Assembly (NCBI GenBank): GCA_021800315.1 | Contig: JAJYZD010000001.1 | Coordinates: forward strand, 1-38,269 | DNA: 38,269 bases | DNA from: Bacillota bacterium | Lineage (GTDB): Bacteria; Bacillota; Desulfotomaculia; Desulfotomaculales; JAJYZD01 | Reading direction: 5' to 3' | Shown: positions 8,790 to 16,872 of the stretch, one piece after another | How the letters are laid out: the number at the start of each line of letters is the position of its first letter | Position numbering within the stretch: position 1 is the stretch's first letter | The notes under the pieces: generated by a model | The model's database searches: none | What the model was told of the DNA's origin: nothing | The model's input: the letters and a program-made list of their open reading frames with translations, nothing else | Translations under genes and position numbers: made by a program

Positions 8790-8818
8790 ATAGTAATAGG
8801 ATCGGGCGGCGGTGTCAA
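8790..8818 (-). promoter_or_regulatory. Near-consensus sigma-A promoter (minus strand)
   Basis: On the minus strand: TTGACA (8818-8813), a 17-nt spacer, then TACTAT (8795-8790). Confidence 0.55.
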
Positions 8819-8899
8819 TCCGTGGATGGCCGTATCTTTCCCATTCCCACATATTTTTTGGTCGACTCTCCCAAACTATAACCGCTTTGGCGGGGGGAG

Positions 8900-9097
8900 G
8901 TGTTAGTTTTGCGTATGGAAGTCGACCAGGAACTCTGTATCAGTTGCGGCGCCTGCATTGATGCCTGTCCGGAGGTTTTTGACTGGAACGACGACGAAAA
9001 GGCCCAGGCCCAGGAGGACGATGTGCCGTCGGGGCTGGAGGAGCAGGCCCACGACGCGGCGGAGGGATGCCCCACCAGCGCCATTTCCGAGCACTGA
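8900..9097 (+). CDS. Small single-cluster ferredoxin
   Basis: CISCGACIDACP plus a distal CP (EGCPTSAI) is typical of about 60-aa mono-cluster ferredoxins. The start is ambiguous: GTG 8900, TTG 8909 or ATG 8915, downstream of GGGGGGAGG. Confidence 0.85.
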   Translation: MLVLRMEVDQELCISCGACIDACPEVFDWNDDEKAQAQEDDVPSGLEEQAHDAAEGCPTSAISEH

Positions 9098-9127
9098 GCC
9101 GGATGGAAGGCGAAGAGGGGGAGTGTT

Positions 9128-10252
9128 GTGGACGGGCCGGGTGTGCTGCAGGTGATCCGGCCGGCCGGCGGGGGCATGGTGAATCATGTCCGGCTGCTGC
9201 TGGAAGGATTGGTCCGGAGGGGCTTTGCAACCGCGGTGGCCTGCCCCGGTGATGCGGGCGAGGAACTGGCCGCGGCCGGTGTTCCGGTCTATCCCTTGTT
9301 CCTGACCGGGGAAATGTCCTGGGCCCACGACCTGGTCGACATATGGCGTCTGTCCCTGATATTGCGGAGCGGCGCGTTCGACCTGGTGCACGCCCACGGC
9401 CTGAAGGCCGCCACGGTGACGTTGGCGGCGGCCAGGCTGGCGGGCCGGGTGCGCACGGTCTACACGGCCCACGGTGCCACCCCGGTTCTGGACGGCTCAT
9501 GGGAGCACCTCAGACTGAGGGCGGCCGGCGGTTTGTTGCGTCGTTACGACTGCGTGGTCGCGGTTTCGCAGCACACCCGCCGGACCGTGTCGACGGCTCT
9601 CGGACTGGATCCCTCCCAGGTCCGGGTGATATACAACGGTATCGAAGTGCCCCGGGTCATCCCGCCCCGGGGAGCGCCCGGCGGCTGTCCCGTGGTGGGA
9701 ATGGTGGCCCGCCTGGCGCCCCGGAAAGGAGTGGAGGTGTTTTTGCAGGCGGCGCGCCTGATCCTGCGGGAATTTCCCCGGACCAGGTTCCTGGTGGCGG
9801 GAGACGGACCCCTGTGGCCGCAGCTGAAGCAGTTGGCCGAAAGTCTCGGTCTTTCCGGACATGTCCTTTTTACGGGCCGGCTGCGGGAGGCCGCTGGACT
9901 GATGCCTTTCCTGGATGTTTTTGCGCTTCCTTCCCTGCAGGAAGATTTACCCCTCGCGCTGCTGGAGGCCATGGCCCGGGGCCGGCCGGTGGTGGCCGCC
10001 CGTACCGGGGGCGTGGCGGAGGTGGTGTCAGAGGGCACCGGCATCCTGGTTCCGCCCGGCGATGCGGGAGCCCTGGCCGCCCAGGTGGGGCGCCTCCTGG
10101 GCGACCGCGGCCTGGCCGAACGGCTGGGCCGGGCGGCCCGGCGTAGCGTGTTGCTCCGCTTTGACGTCCGGCGCATGCAGGACGAGACCACCGCCCTTTA
10201 TCAAGGCCTCCGGGCGGGGGATATGGGTCTGGCTGGCGTGCGGGGGGCGTAA
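9128..10252 (+). CDS. Glycosyltransferase family 4 (GT-B fold, group 1)
   Basis: An E-x7-E motif lies in LPSLQEDLPLALLEAMARGRPVVA, and the N-terminal region is the typical Gly-rich type. GTG start after GAGGGGGAG. Confidence 0.85.
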   Translation: MDGPGVLQVIRPAGGGMVNHVRLLLEGLVRRGFATAVACPGDAGEELAAAGVPVYPLFLTGEMSWAHDLVDIWRLSLILRSGAFDLVHAHGLKAATVTLAAARLAGRVRTVYTAHGATPVLDGSWEHLRLRAAGGLLRRYDCVVAVSQHTRRTVSTALGLDPSQVRVIYNGIEVPRVIPPRGAPGGCPVVGMVARLAPRKGVEVFLQAARLILREFPRTRFLVAGDGPLWPQLKQLAESLGLSGHVLFTGRLREAAGLMPFLDVFALPSLQEDLPLALLEAMARGRPVVAARTGGVAEVVSEGTGILVPPGDAGALAAQVGRLLGDRGLAERLGRAARRSVLLRFDVRRMQDETTALYQGLRAGDMGLAGVRGA

Positions 10253-10270
10253 GGCGCCGCCGGACCCGCG

Positions 10271-10564
10271 TTACCGCAGCGGCAGGGAAGGTCCGGTCAG
10301 GTCCTGGAGACGGTCCGCGTGAGGCGGTTCGCCGTTCTCACCGGTGACTCCGGCGATTGGGTGCACGTGGCCGGCACCGGTCGGGAGCGGCGGCCCTGTT
10401 TCCAGGTTTATCGCGTGTTCGTGGTCGCCCCCGGCCGTGGTTGTCGCCTTTACGGGGTGGATGTGGGCCGGATCCTCCCCGTCGGCCGGGCCGGACAATC
10501 CGGAATAGAAGTGCAGGTGACCGGACAATATCCTGGCGGAGAATATGTGGACGTGCTGGCTCAA
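10271..10564 (-). CDS. YmaF-family protein (His-rich repeat)
   Basis: Repeated HxH units (HVHIF, GHLHFYSG, AHIHP, DHEHA, GHVHP) resemble the YmaF family. TTG start 7 nt after AAGGGGA. Confidence 0.55.
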   Translation of the reverse strand: MSQHVHIFSARILSGHLHFYSGLSGPADGEDPAHIHPVKATTTAGGDHEHAINLETGPPLPTGAGHVHPIAGVTGENGEPPHADRLQDLTGPSLPLR

Positions 10565-10769
10565 CGGTGCATCCCCTTTTTGCCATGATACGGGACCTCT
10601 CTTTGTTTTGCCACCGGAAACCAGCCGGGTTTACGCCTGCCGCCGCGGTCGTCGATAATTAACGAAGGATTTACGCCGCCTTGGCACCGGTCTGGTACTG
10701 TCATGGCGGCGGGTTCCTGCGGGGATCGGCGGACTACCGGGAAAAGGGGCCGATCGGATGATGGTTGGC

Positions 10770-10942
10770 ACAGCGGCGGCGATTGCGGGCTGTTCGGCCT
10801 GAACGCGGCCATAGAGGCGCCCCGCGCCGGGGAGTTGGGCTGCAGCTTCAACGTCGTGCCCGGCGAGGTCAGGAAACCGGTGGCCAAGGTAAAAGGCAAC
10901 GCCGCGGAGATGGCCGGAAAAATCAAGGCCACGGAGCTATGA
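10770..10942 (+). pseudogene. Relic of a methyl-accepting chemotaxis protein signalling hairpin
   Basis: The translation GLFGLNAAIEAPRAGELGCSFNVVPGEVRKPVA is a corrupted version of the invariant MCP motif LLALNAAIEAARAGE.GRGFAVVA.EVRKLAE. No intact N- or C-terminal parts are present. Confidence 0.6.
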
Positions 10943-11191
10943 TGGAGCCGTTACTCGCAATCGATGATTTGTTACGGGAAAGTATCCTGTAGTTCGCTTC
11001 TCCTTCCGGGCGCTGACCCGGGGGCATTAGCTGGTACTTTCCGACGGCCCAAGGTGGGTTTGACGCGGTTGGCCCGGGCCCCGGCGGCGGCAAGCGTATC
11101 GGCCGGCGGGGCCGGTGCCGGTCGTTTTCCCGCCGCCGTCGCGGCGGGAAGGCCCCCCGGTGGTAACCGGTCGGGGGGGGGGACTGGTCTT

Positions 11192-11767
11192 CTACCGGTA
11201 CAGTTCGTCGAGTTCGTGCAGCATCCGGTGAAACTCTTCGTGCTTTCCCGCGCCCACCTTTTCGTTCTCAATCCGCTGGAATTCCCTTGCCATCTCCTCG
11301 TCCGTTCCAAGCGGCAACAGGTGGTCGGCCAGGGGATAGAGCACGTTGTCCTCTTTTTCGATGTGCTCGCGGAGAAGTTCCGCGTAGTTGCGGGCGGCGG
11401 CGACAAAGGAGGCGGCCTTTTCCCGCCGTCCCCCGGTCAGGGCGGTCAGGGCGTCCTTCATGTCCCGGATGTACCTGCGGCCTTCGTCGTGCTCCGTCAG
11501 CATCACTCCGACCGGCCCGCCCTCCCCCGGCACTCCGGCCTGCACCAGAGCGGGGAACAGGATGTTTTCTTCCTTGCCGTGGTGGCACCTGTCCACGAAA
11601 ACGGTGAGGAACTCCATGACCCGCCCGGCGTCGTCCAGAGTCCCCGTTTGTCCTTCTTCCAGGGCCCGTCCTACTTTCTCCAGGATCGCGAGCGCTTTCA
11701 GGACGGCTTGATGTTCGTGCTTCAGTTCCTCGGTGCATTGCATGACCCACACGTTCCTTCCGTACAA
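11192..11767 (-). CDS. Hemerythrin-domain protein
   Basis: HHE cation-binding pattern: HEHQ, CHHGKEE, EHDEGR and HIEKEDNVLYP. The likely true start is ATG 11743 (MQCTEELKHEH). Confidence 0.85.
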   Translation of the reverse strand: MYGRNVWVMQCTEELKHEHQAVLKALAILEKVGRALEEGQTGTLDDAGRVMEFLTVFVDRCHHGKEENILFPALVQAGVPGEGGPVGVMLTEHDEGRRYIRDMKDALTALTGGRREKAASFVAAARNYAELLREHIEKEDNVLYPLADHLLPLGTDEEMAREFQRIENEKVGAGKHEEFHRMLHELDELYR

Positions 11768-12143
11768 AACTTCCCGCCGGACGGGTCTCCGGCCTCGGGG
11801 AAAATTCGCCTTCGGTCACGGCTTTTCCTCTATATTTTCCAATCCTTGTGGCGCGCATGGCACCGGTGGTCTCTATGCCAGAGGATGGGTTGCATGCCAG
11901 CGGATTGGATAACCTATTACGCGGGGGCGTCCGGCGGGGGGGGGGGAAGATTCCTGCCGCGGGAGTTGGCATTGGTTTCCCGAACCGGGAACAGCTGTCG
12001 CCGTCCGGCATAAAGTGAAGCAGCGGTCAGGGCCCGGTCAACGGAATGTCCGGGCGGTGATTGCCCGAAATCGCAAATGGGGTCCGAATTTTACGTTTTA
12101 TCGCCGTTATTTGCCGACAAGCACCGCGCGGGCCAAATTCATG

Positions 12144-12171
12144 TTGACATTCCCTGACTGTGTGCTAAAAT
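12144..12171 (+). promoter_or_regulatory. Putative sigma-A promoter of speD
   Basis: TTGACA (12144-12149), a 16-nt spacer, then TAAAAT (12166-12171) with TGTGC just upstream. Confidence 0.5.
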
Positions 12172-12254
12172 CTTTATGGTTGGAATTAGACAGTCGTGCC
12201 GCGTCGCGGCAGGCGGTCAATTCCAAAATCTTTGTCCAGCAAAGGAGGAGGATA

Positions 12255-12641
12255 ATGGCGATGAAACCCTTGGGCCGCCATGTTTTGGCTGAAATCTTCG
12301 GTTGTGACTTCGATCTCCTGAACAACATGGGCAAGGTCGAGGAGATCATGGTCAAAGCAGCTCTGGAGGCCGGGGCGGAAGTCCGGGAGTGCGTGTTCCA
12401 CAAGTTCAGTCCGCAGGGAGTAAGCGGAGTGGTGGTCATCTCGGAGTCGCATCTGGCAATTCATACCTGGCCTGAGCTGGGATACGCGGCGGTGGATGTA
12501 TTTACCTGCGGGGAGAGGGTCGATCCATGGGACGCCTGCCGCTTCCTCAAAAACGAATTTCACGCCCGGAACATGACGGCGAAGGAAGTCAAGAGGGGCA
12601 TCCTACTCGAACCAGCTCATCTGGATGCTGTAAACCAGTAG
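12255..12641 (+). CDS. speD: S-adenosylmethionine decarboxylase proenzyme (small bacterial class)
   Basis: The self-processing site context is [15 protein letters not shown], and CG..DP is present. The ATG follows AAAGGAGGAGG. The long upstream extension of the ORF track (from 12015) is not coding-like. Confidence 0.92.
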   Translation: MAMKPLGRHVLAEIFGCDFDLLNNMGKVEEIMVKAALEAGAEVRECVFHKFSPQGVSGVVVISESHLAIHTWPELGYAAVDVFTCGERVDPWDACRFLKNEFHARNMTAKEVKRGILLEPAHLDAVNQ

Positions 12642-12677
12642 GAGGGATATTTATTAGTACCTGCTTGCCACCAGGTT

Positions 12678-12720
12678 AGCGGGCCCTGCCGCCAGAAGGA
12701 TCAGGGCCCGCTCTCGTTTA
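12678..12720 (+). terminator. Terminator-like hairpin after speD
   Basis: An 11-bp perfect stem (AGCGGGCCCTG ... CAGGGCCCGCT) is followed by CTCGTTT, which is only a weak U tract. Confidence 0.5.
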
Positions 12721-12802
12721 AGGGGCCGGCGGGGAATATGGCCGCTCCGGCAGGAAAAGGCCGTGCGGCAAAGAATATATACGGGGTTGCGTTGAGAGGG
12801 GG

Positions 12803-13633
12803 ATGGGAAAGATAATGCTGGAAATCCTGGCTCCGTTCAAGGACGAGTTGGCGGCCCAGGAGGCCCTGGTGCGTCAGGCCCTGGCCGCGACCGGGCATAC
12901 CGCCTCACCCTCCGTGGCAGAGGATTGGAACAGCCTGCAAAAATACATACGGCCCGCGTTGGTTCTTCTGACCAGCAGGTTGTACCAACACCGCCCGGAA
13001 GCGGCCGTGCCGCTGGCGGCGGTGCACCAGTTCATTTATCTGGCCGGACGGGTCCATACCGGCGTGGCCGAGGAATGCACCGCCCTCCGGCGCGAGGCCG
13101 CGCAAAGTTACCAGTTTCCCGTCCTGGTGGGCGACTACCTGTACGGCCGTTTTTTCACCACCCTTTGCGACGCCGGGCAAAACCATCTCCTGGGCGACCT
13201 GGCCCGGGTTATCTGCTCAATGAACGAGGGCGGCATGATGCGGGCCAAGAACGCTCTGGGTCAGGCGGGCTACGACGTGACGGAAATTATCAGGCTGGAA
13301 ACGGCCGAACTGATCGCCAGTTGCTGCCGCCTGGGCGGCCTGGCCGGCGGGGCTTCCGACCAGGAAGCCCGCCACCTGTATGCCCTCGGTCTGGAACTGG
13401 GCATGGCCATCGGCCGCATGGAGCAAGGTTGTTCCTTTTCCGAGGCGGCCATACACCTGCAGCGGGCCGTCAACGAAATGTCGGTCGCCTTTTGCCGCCG
13501 ATGGGTACCGGGGCACCCGCCCGGGGCCGGTCAGGGTGGGTGGGATCAGTTGGAGCGTTTTATCCGGCTCTTCCTGGCCCCCGGCCCCGGCATCCCCACG
13601 GAAGCGGGTCCGGCCGGCGTTATGGCGGGATAG
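12803..13633 (+). CDS. Polyprenyl-synthase-like protein lacking both DDxxD motifs (heptaprenyl diphosphate synthase component I-like)
   Basis: Prenyl-synthase-like blocks are present (LVGDYLYGRFF). The positions of the Asp-rich motifs read RVHTGV and AIGRMEQG instead. It sits directly upstream of ubiE, as in the Bacillus hepS-menH arrangement. ATG 12815 may be the real start. Confidence 0.5.
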   Translation: MGKIMLEILAPFKDELAAQEALVRQALAATGHTASPSVAEDWNSLQKYIRPALVLLTSRLYQHRPEAAVPLAAVHQFIYLAGRVHTGVAEECTALRREAAQSYQFPVLVGDYLYGRFFTTLCDAGQNHLLGDLARVICSMNEGGMMRAKNALGQAGYDVTEIIRLETAELIASCCRLGGLAGGASDQEARHLYALGLELGMAIGRMEQGCSFSEAAIHLQRAVNEMSVAFCRRWVPGHPPGAGQGGWDQLERFIRLFLAPGPGIPTEAGPAGVMAG

Positions 13634-13641
13634 GGGAGATT

Positions 13642-14364
13642 ATGGCGGACGTGGACTGGCAGGGCCGTCGCAAGGAAGAATACGTGCACCGGATGTTTTC
13701 GTCGATCGCCGGGCGGTACGACCGGATGAACACGGTGATGAGCCTTTCCCGGGACAAGTACTGGCGGCGCTTCGCCGTGCGGCAGGCCCGGCTTTCGGCC
13801 GGGGACAGGGCTCTCGACGTGGCCTGCGGCACGGCCATGCTGGCCCGGGAGATGGCACTGGCGGTGGGGGCCGCCGGACGCGTGGTGGGCGTGGACTTCT
13901 GCGCCCCGATGCTGGAAAAGGCCCGGGAGAACCTGGTGCGCTGGGAACTGGCTACCAGGGTCGGCCTGGTGGAGGGCGATGCCATGCGACTGCCCTTTGC
14001 CGACGGCGAATTCGCCGGCGCGGTTTCCGGCTTCGCCTTGCGCAACGTTCCCGACATTCCCCAGGTGCTGTCCGAGATGGCCCGCGTGGTGCGTCCCGGC
14101 GGCCGGGTGGTGACCCTGGAACTGGCCCGTCCCTGGGTACCGGTGTTCAAACAACTTTATTTCCTCTATTTCGAGGGCCTGGTGCCGCTCCTGGGACGTC
14201 TGGGCGAAGGCGGATTCGCGTACGGCTACCTGCCCCGCTCGCTGAAGGGTTTTCCGCACCAGCGCGACCTCGCTGGGATCTTTACCAAAGTGGGATTGCA
14301 AGAAGTCAGGTATTTTGAACTCACCGGCGGCATCGTCGCCGTTCACGTGGGAACGGTGGCCTGA
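13642..14364 (+). CDS. ubiE: Demethylmenaquinone / ubiquinone C-methyltransferase
   Basis: FSSIAGRYDRMN, SAM motif I LDVACGT, and DAMRLPF are present. The ATG follows GGGGAG. The upstream part of the 12925 ORF is an out-of-context extension. Confidence 0.92.
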   Translation: MADVDWQGRRKEEYVHRMFSSIAGRYDRMNTVMSLSRDKYWRRFAVRQARLSAGDRALDVACGTAMLAREMALAVGAAGRVVGVDFCAPMLEKARENLVRWELATRVGLVEGDAMRLPFADGEFAGAVSGFALRNVPDIPQVLSEMARVVRPGGRVVTLELARPWVPVFKQLYFLYFEGLVPLLGRLGEGGFAYGYLPRSLKGFPHQRDLAGIFTKVGLQEVRYFELTGGIVAVHVGTVA

Positions 14365-14391
14365 ACATCCGGCGCATTTGGAGGGAAAGGC

Positions 14392-15828
14392 GTGGCCTAC
14401 CGGGACTTGGCCGGGTTCGTACGGAAGCTGGAAGACAAGGGTCTTTTGAAAAGAATAACCGCCGAGGTCGATCCTTACCTGGAGATCGCCGGGATTACCG
14501 ACCGGGTGGTCAAGAGCGGCGGTCCCGCCCTTTTGTTCGAAAACGTACGGGGGTACGATATTCCCGTTCTGACTAATACGTTCGGGTCGAATGAGCGAAT
14601 GCTCCTGGCCCTGGAGCGCGAGAACCCGGACGACCTGGGGGAGGAACTGGTATCCTTCCTCCAGCCGGGCGAAATACCGGCGGGGTTTATGGACAAGTTG
14701 CGCGCCCTGCCGAAACTGGCGAAGCTGGCCTCCTACGTGCCCAAAACCGTGCGGGGGGGGCCCTGCCAGGAAACGGTGGAAAAGGACGAGCCATCGGTTT
14801 CCGGACTGCCGATCCTGACCACCTGGCCCGGGGACGCCGCCCCCTTCGTCACCCTGCCGCTGGTCTTCACCAGGGACCCGGCGGGCGGACAGCGCAACGT
14901 GGGCATGTACCGCATGCAGGTGTTCGACTCGCGGACGCTGGGCATGCACTGGCACATTCACAAGGACGGGGCGCGGCACCTCTCGCGGGCGGCCGGGAAA
15001 ATGCCGGTGGCCGTGGCCATAGGCGCCGATCCGGCCGTGGTCTTCGCCGCCACGTGTCCGTGCCCGCCGGACATCGACGAAATGCTGGTCGCCGGCCTGA
15101 TCCGCCGGGAAGCGGTCGAGATGACCCGTTGCGTGACGTGCGACCTGGAGGTGCCCGCCCACGCCGAGATAGTGCTGGAAGGCTGGGTCGATCCTGAGGA
15201 AACCCGCACCGAGGGCCCTTTCGGCGACCACACCGGCTACTACTCGCCGGCCGGCGAGTATCCGGTTTTCCACCTGTCCTGTGTGACGAGGCGGAAAAAG
15301 CCGGTCTACATGGCTACCGTGGTGGGCCGGCCGCCCATGGAGGACGCATTTCTGGGCAAGGCCACGGAACGGCTCTTTTTGCCCGTCATGCGCATGCTGC
15401 TGCCGGAGATCGTCGATATCAACATGCCGGTCGAGGGTGTGTTCCACAACCTGGTTCTGGTTTCCGTCAGAAAGGCCTATCCCGGCCACGCCCGCAAGGT
15501 AATACACGGCCTGTGGGGGATGGGGCTGATGATGCTGGCCAAGATGATCGTGGTGGTGGATGCCGACGTGGACGTACAGAACCTTTCGGAGGTGGCCTGG
15601 CGGGTTCTCGGCAACATCGACGCCCGCCGCGACCTGGTGGTGGCCGACGGCCCGGTGGACGCCCTGGATCATGCCGCCTCCCTACCCCATCTGGGCGCCA
15701 GGCTGGGGGTGGACGCCACGCGCAAGTGGGCGTCCGAGGGCTATGCCCGGGAGTGGCCGGACGCAATCGCCATGAGCCGCGAAGTGGTGGAACTGGTCGA
15801 CCGGAAGTGGCACGGCTATGGGTTTTAA
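14392..15828 (+). CDS. ubiD: UbiD-family decarboxylase (menaquinone biosynthesis decarboxylase type)
   Basis: It shows UbiD-like organisation (LLFENVRGY, GMYRMQV, GPFGDHTGYY) at a typical length of 478 aa. Confidence 0.9.
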   Translation: MAYRDLAGFVRKLEDKGLLKRITAEVDPYLEIAGITDRVVKSGGPALLFENVRGYDIPVLTNTFGSNERMLLALERENPDDLGEELVSFLQPGEIPAGFMDKLRALPKLAKLASYVPKTVRGGPCQETVEKDEPSVSGLPILTTWPGDAAPFVTLPLVFTRDPAGGQRNVGMYRMQVFDSRTLGMHWHIHKDGARHLSRAAGKMPVAVAIGADPAVVFAATCPCPPDIDEMLVAGLIRREAVEMTRCVTCDLEVPAHAEIVLEGWVDPEETRTEGPFGDHTGYYSPAGEYPVFHLSCVTRRKKPVYMATVVGRPPMEDAFLGKATERLFLPVMRMLLPEIVDINMPVEGVFHNLVLVSVRKAYPGHARKVIHGLWGMGLMMLAKMIVVVDADVDVQNLSEVAWRVLGNIDARRDLVVADGPVDALDHAASLPHLGARLGVDATRKWASEGYAREWPDAIAMSREVVELVDRKWHGYGF

Positions 15829-16696
15829 AGTTTTGGGGAAACTCAAAATCTTCCTGAAGATGATCCGGGTGGAACATACGGTCTTCGCCCTGCCCTTTGC
15901 CTACGTGGGGGCCCTGTTGGCGCACCGGGCCCCTCCCGGCTGGGTCCAACTGGTCTGGCTGACCCTGGCCATGGTGGGGGCGCGCACGGCGGCCATGTCG
16001 CTCAACCGGCTCATCGACCGGCACATCGACGCCCAAAACCCCCGTACCAGCATGCGGGCCCTGCCGCGGGGCCTTCTGTCGGTGGCCGAGGTCTGGGTGT
16101 ACACCGTATTGGCCTTCGTCCTGCTGGGGGTCAGCGCTTATCACCTGAGCCGGTTGGCTTTCGAGTTGTTTCCGGTGGCGGTGGCCGTACTCTGGTTTTA
16201 CTCGTACGTGAAGCGTTTTACCTGGTTGTCCCACCTGGTGCTGGGCGCGGCGGACGGGCTGGCGCCCCTGGGAGCCTGGGTGGCCATAGCGGATGGTTTC
16301 GCGTGGGCGGCCTGGCTCCTGTTCGGCGGGGTGATGTTCTGGGTGGCCGGCTTCGATGTTATCTACGCCGTGGACGACTACCATTTCGACCGTCAAAAGA
16401 GGCTCCATTCCATTCCGGTGCGCTTCGGGATCCCCAGGGCGCTGGTTATCGCCAGGTGGCTGCACGTTTTGGCGGTGGCTTGCTTCCTTGCCGCCGGGTT
16501 TATCTTGCACCTCGGGGTGTTCTACTGGGCCGGGGCCCTTGGCGCCGCCGTCATCCTGGTGCACGAACACCTCCTGGTCACCCCGGAAGACATGTCGCGG
16601 GCCGGAGTGGCCTTTTTCAACCTGAACGGCATCTTGAGCGTCCTGATGCTGGTCTTTACCGTGCTGGACGTGCTGGTGCCGGTCAGGCTTTTTTAG
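15818..16696 (+). CDS. ubiA: UbiA-family aromatic prenyltransferase (MqnP-like)
   Basis: The NRLIDRHIDAQNPRT (NxxxDxxxD) and DDYHFD second Asp-rich motifs are present. The protein is polytopic and hydrophobic, and overlaps ubiD by 11 nt. Confidence 0.9.
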   Translation: MGFKVLGKLKIFLKMIRVEHTVFALPFAYVGALLAHRAPPGWVQLVWLTLAMVGARTAAMSLNRLIDRHIDAQNPRTSMRALPRGLLSVAEVWVYTVLAFVLLGVSAYHLSRLAFELFPVAVAVLWFYSYVKRFTWLSHLVLGAADGLAPLGAWVAIADGFAWAAWLLFGGVMFWVAGFDVIYAVDDYHFDRQKRLHSIPVRFGIPRALVIARWLHVLAVACFLAAGFILHLGVFYWAGALGAAVILVHEHLLVTPEDMSRAGVAFFNLNGILSVLMLVFTVLDVLVPVRLF

Positions 16697-16788
16697 AGGA
16701 TGCCGCGCACCCGGTCAAGCCCCAGACTTTCGGGGCACCCGTCCGCAGGGGGGCGGGTTGGTTGAGAGTGGGTAGGTTACCCCCGAAA

Positions 16789-16866
16789 CCCCCGGTTTTA
16801 ACCGGGGGTCGGAGAACCGGATGCTAAGCTTTCCGGCTGTAAGCCGGAGGTATCAGCCTGGAGGAT
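16789..16866 (+). repeat. Hairpin repeat element, copy B, inside the ubiA-mqnE spacer
   Basis: CCCCCGGttttaaCCGGGGG is followed by GGATGCTAAGCTTTCCGGCTGTAAGCCGGAGGTATCAGCCTGGAGG. The 3' GGAGG lies 7 nt before the mqnE ATG. Confidence 0.65.
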
Positions 16867-16872
16867 TAGGAA

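Noticed and set aside
12015-12254. N-terminal extensions in the ORF track for speD (from 12015), ubiE (from 12925), purH (from 29699), the 3958 paralog (from 3826) and DUF1657 (to 31540).
   Set aside because: In each case an internal start with a strong RBS coincides with the family-typical N-terminus. The extension also overlaps promoter or terminator signals or another gene.
13546-15672. Very long antisense ORFs. This one is 708 aa. Others lie at 6624-8009, 10964-12013, 15467-16570, 18902-20248, 21282-22214, 30038-31108 and 9343-10146.
   Set aside because: They lie opposite or out of frame to genes with unmistakable family motifs (ubiD/ubiE, sdhA, hemerythrin, ubiA, mqnC, selB, purH, GT4). 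Their translations are Arg/Pro/Gly-rich low-complexity sequence, which is typical of stop-poor frames in GC-rich DNA.
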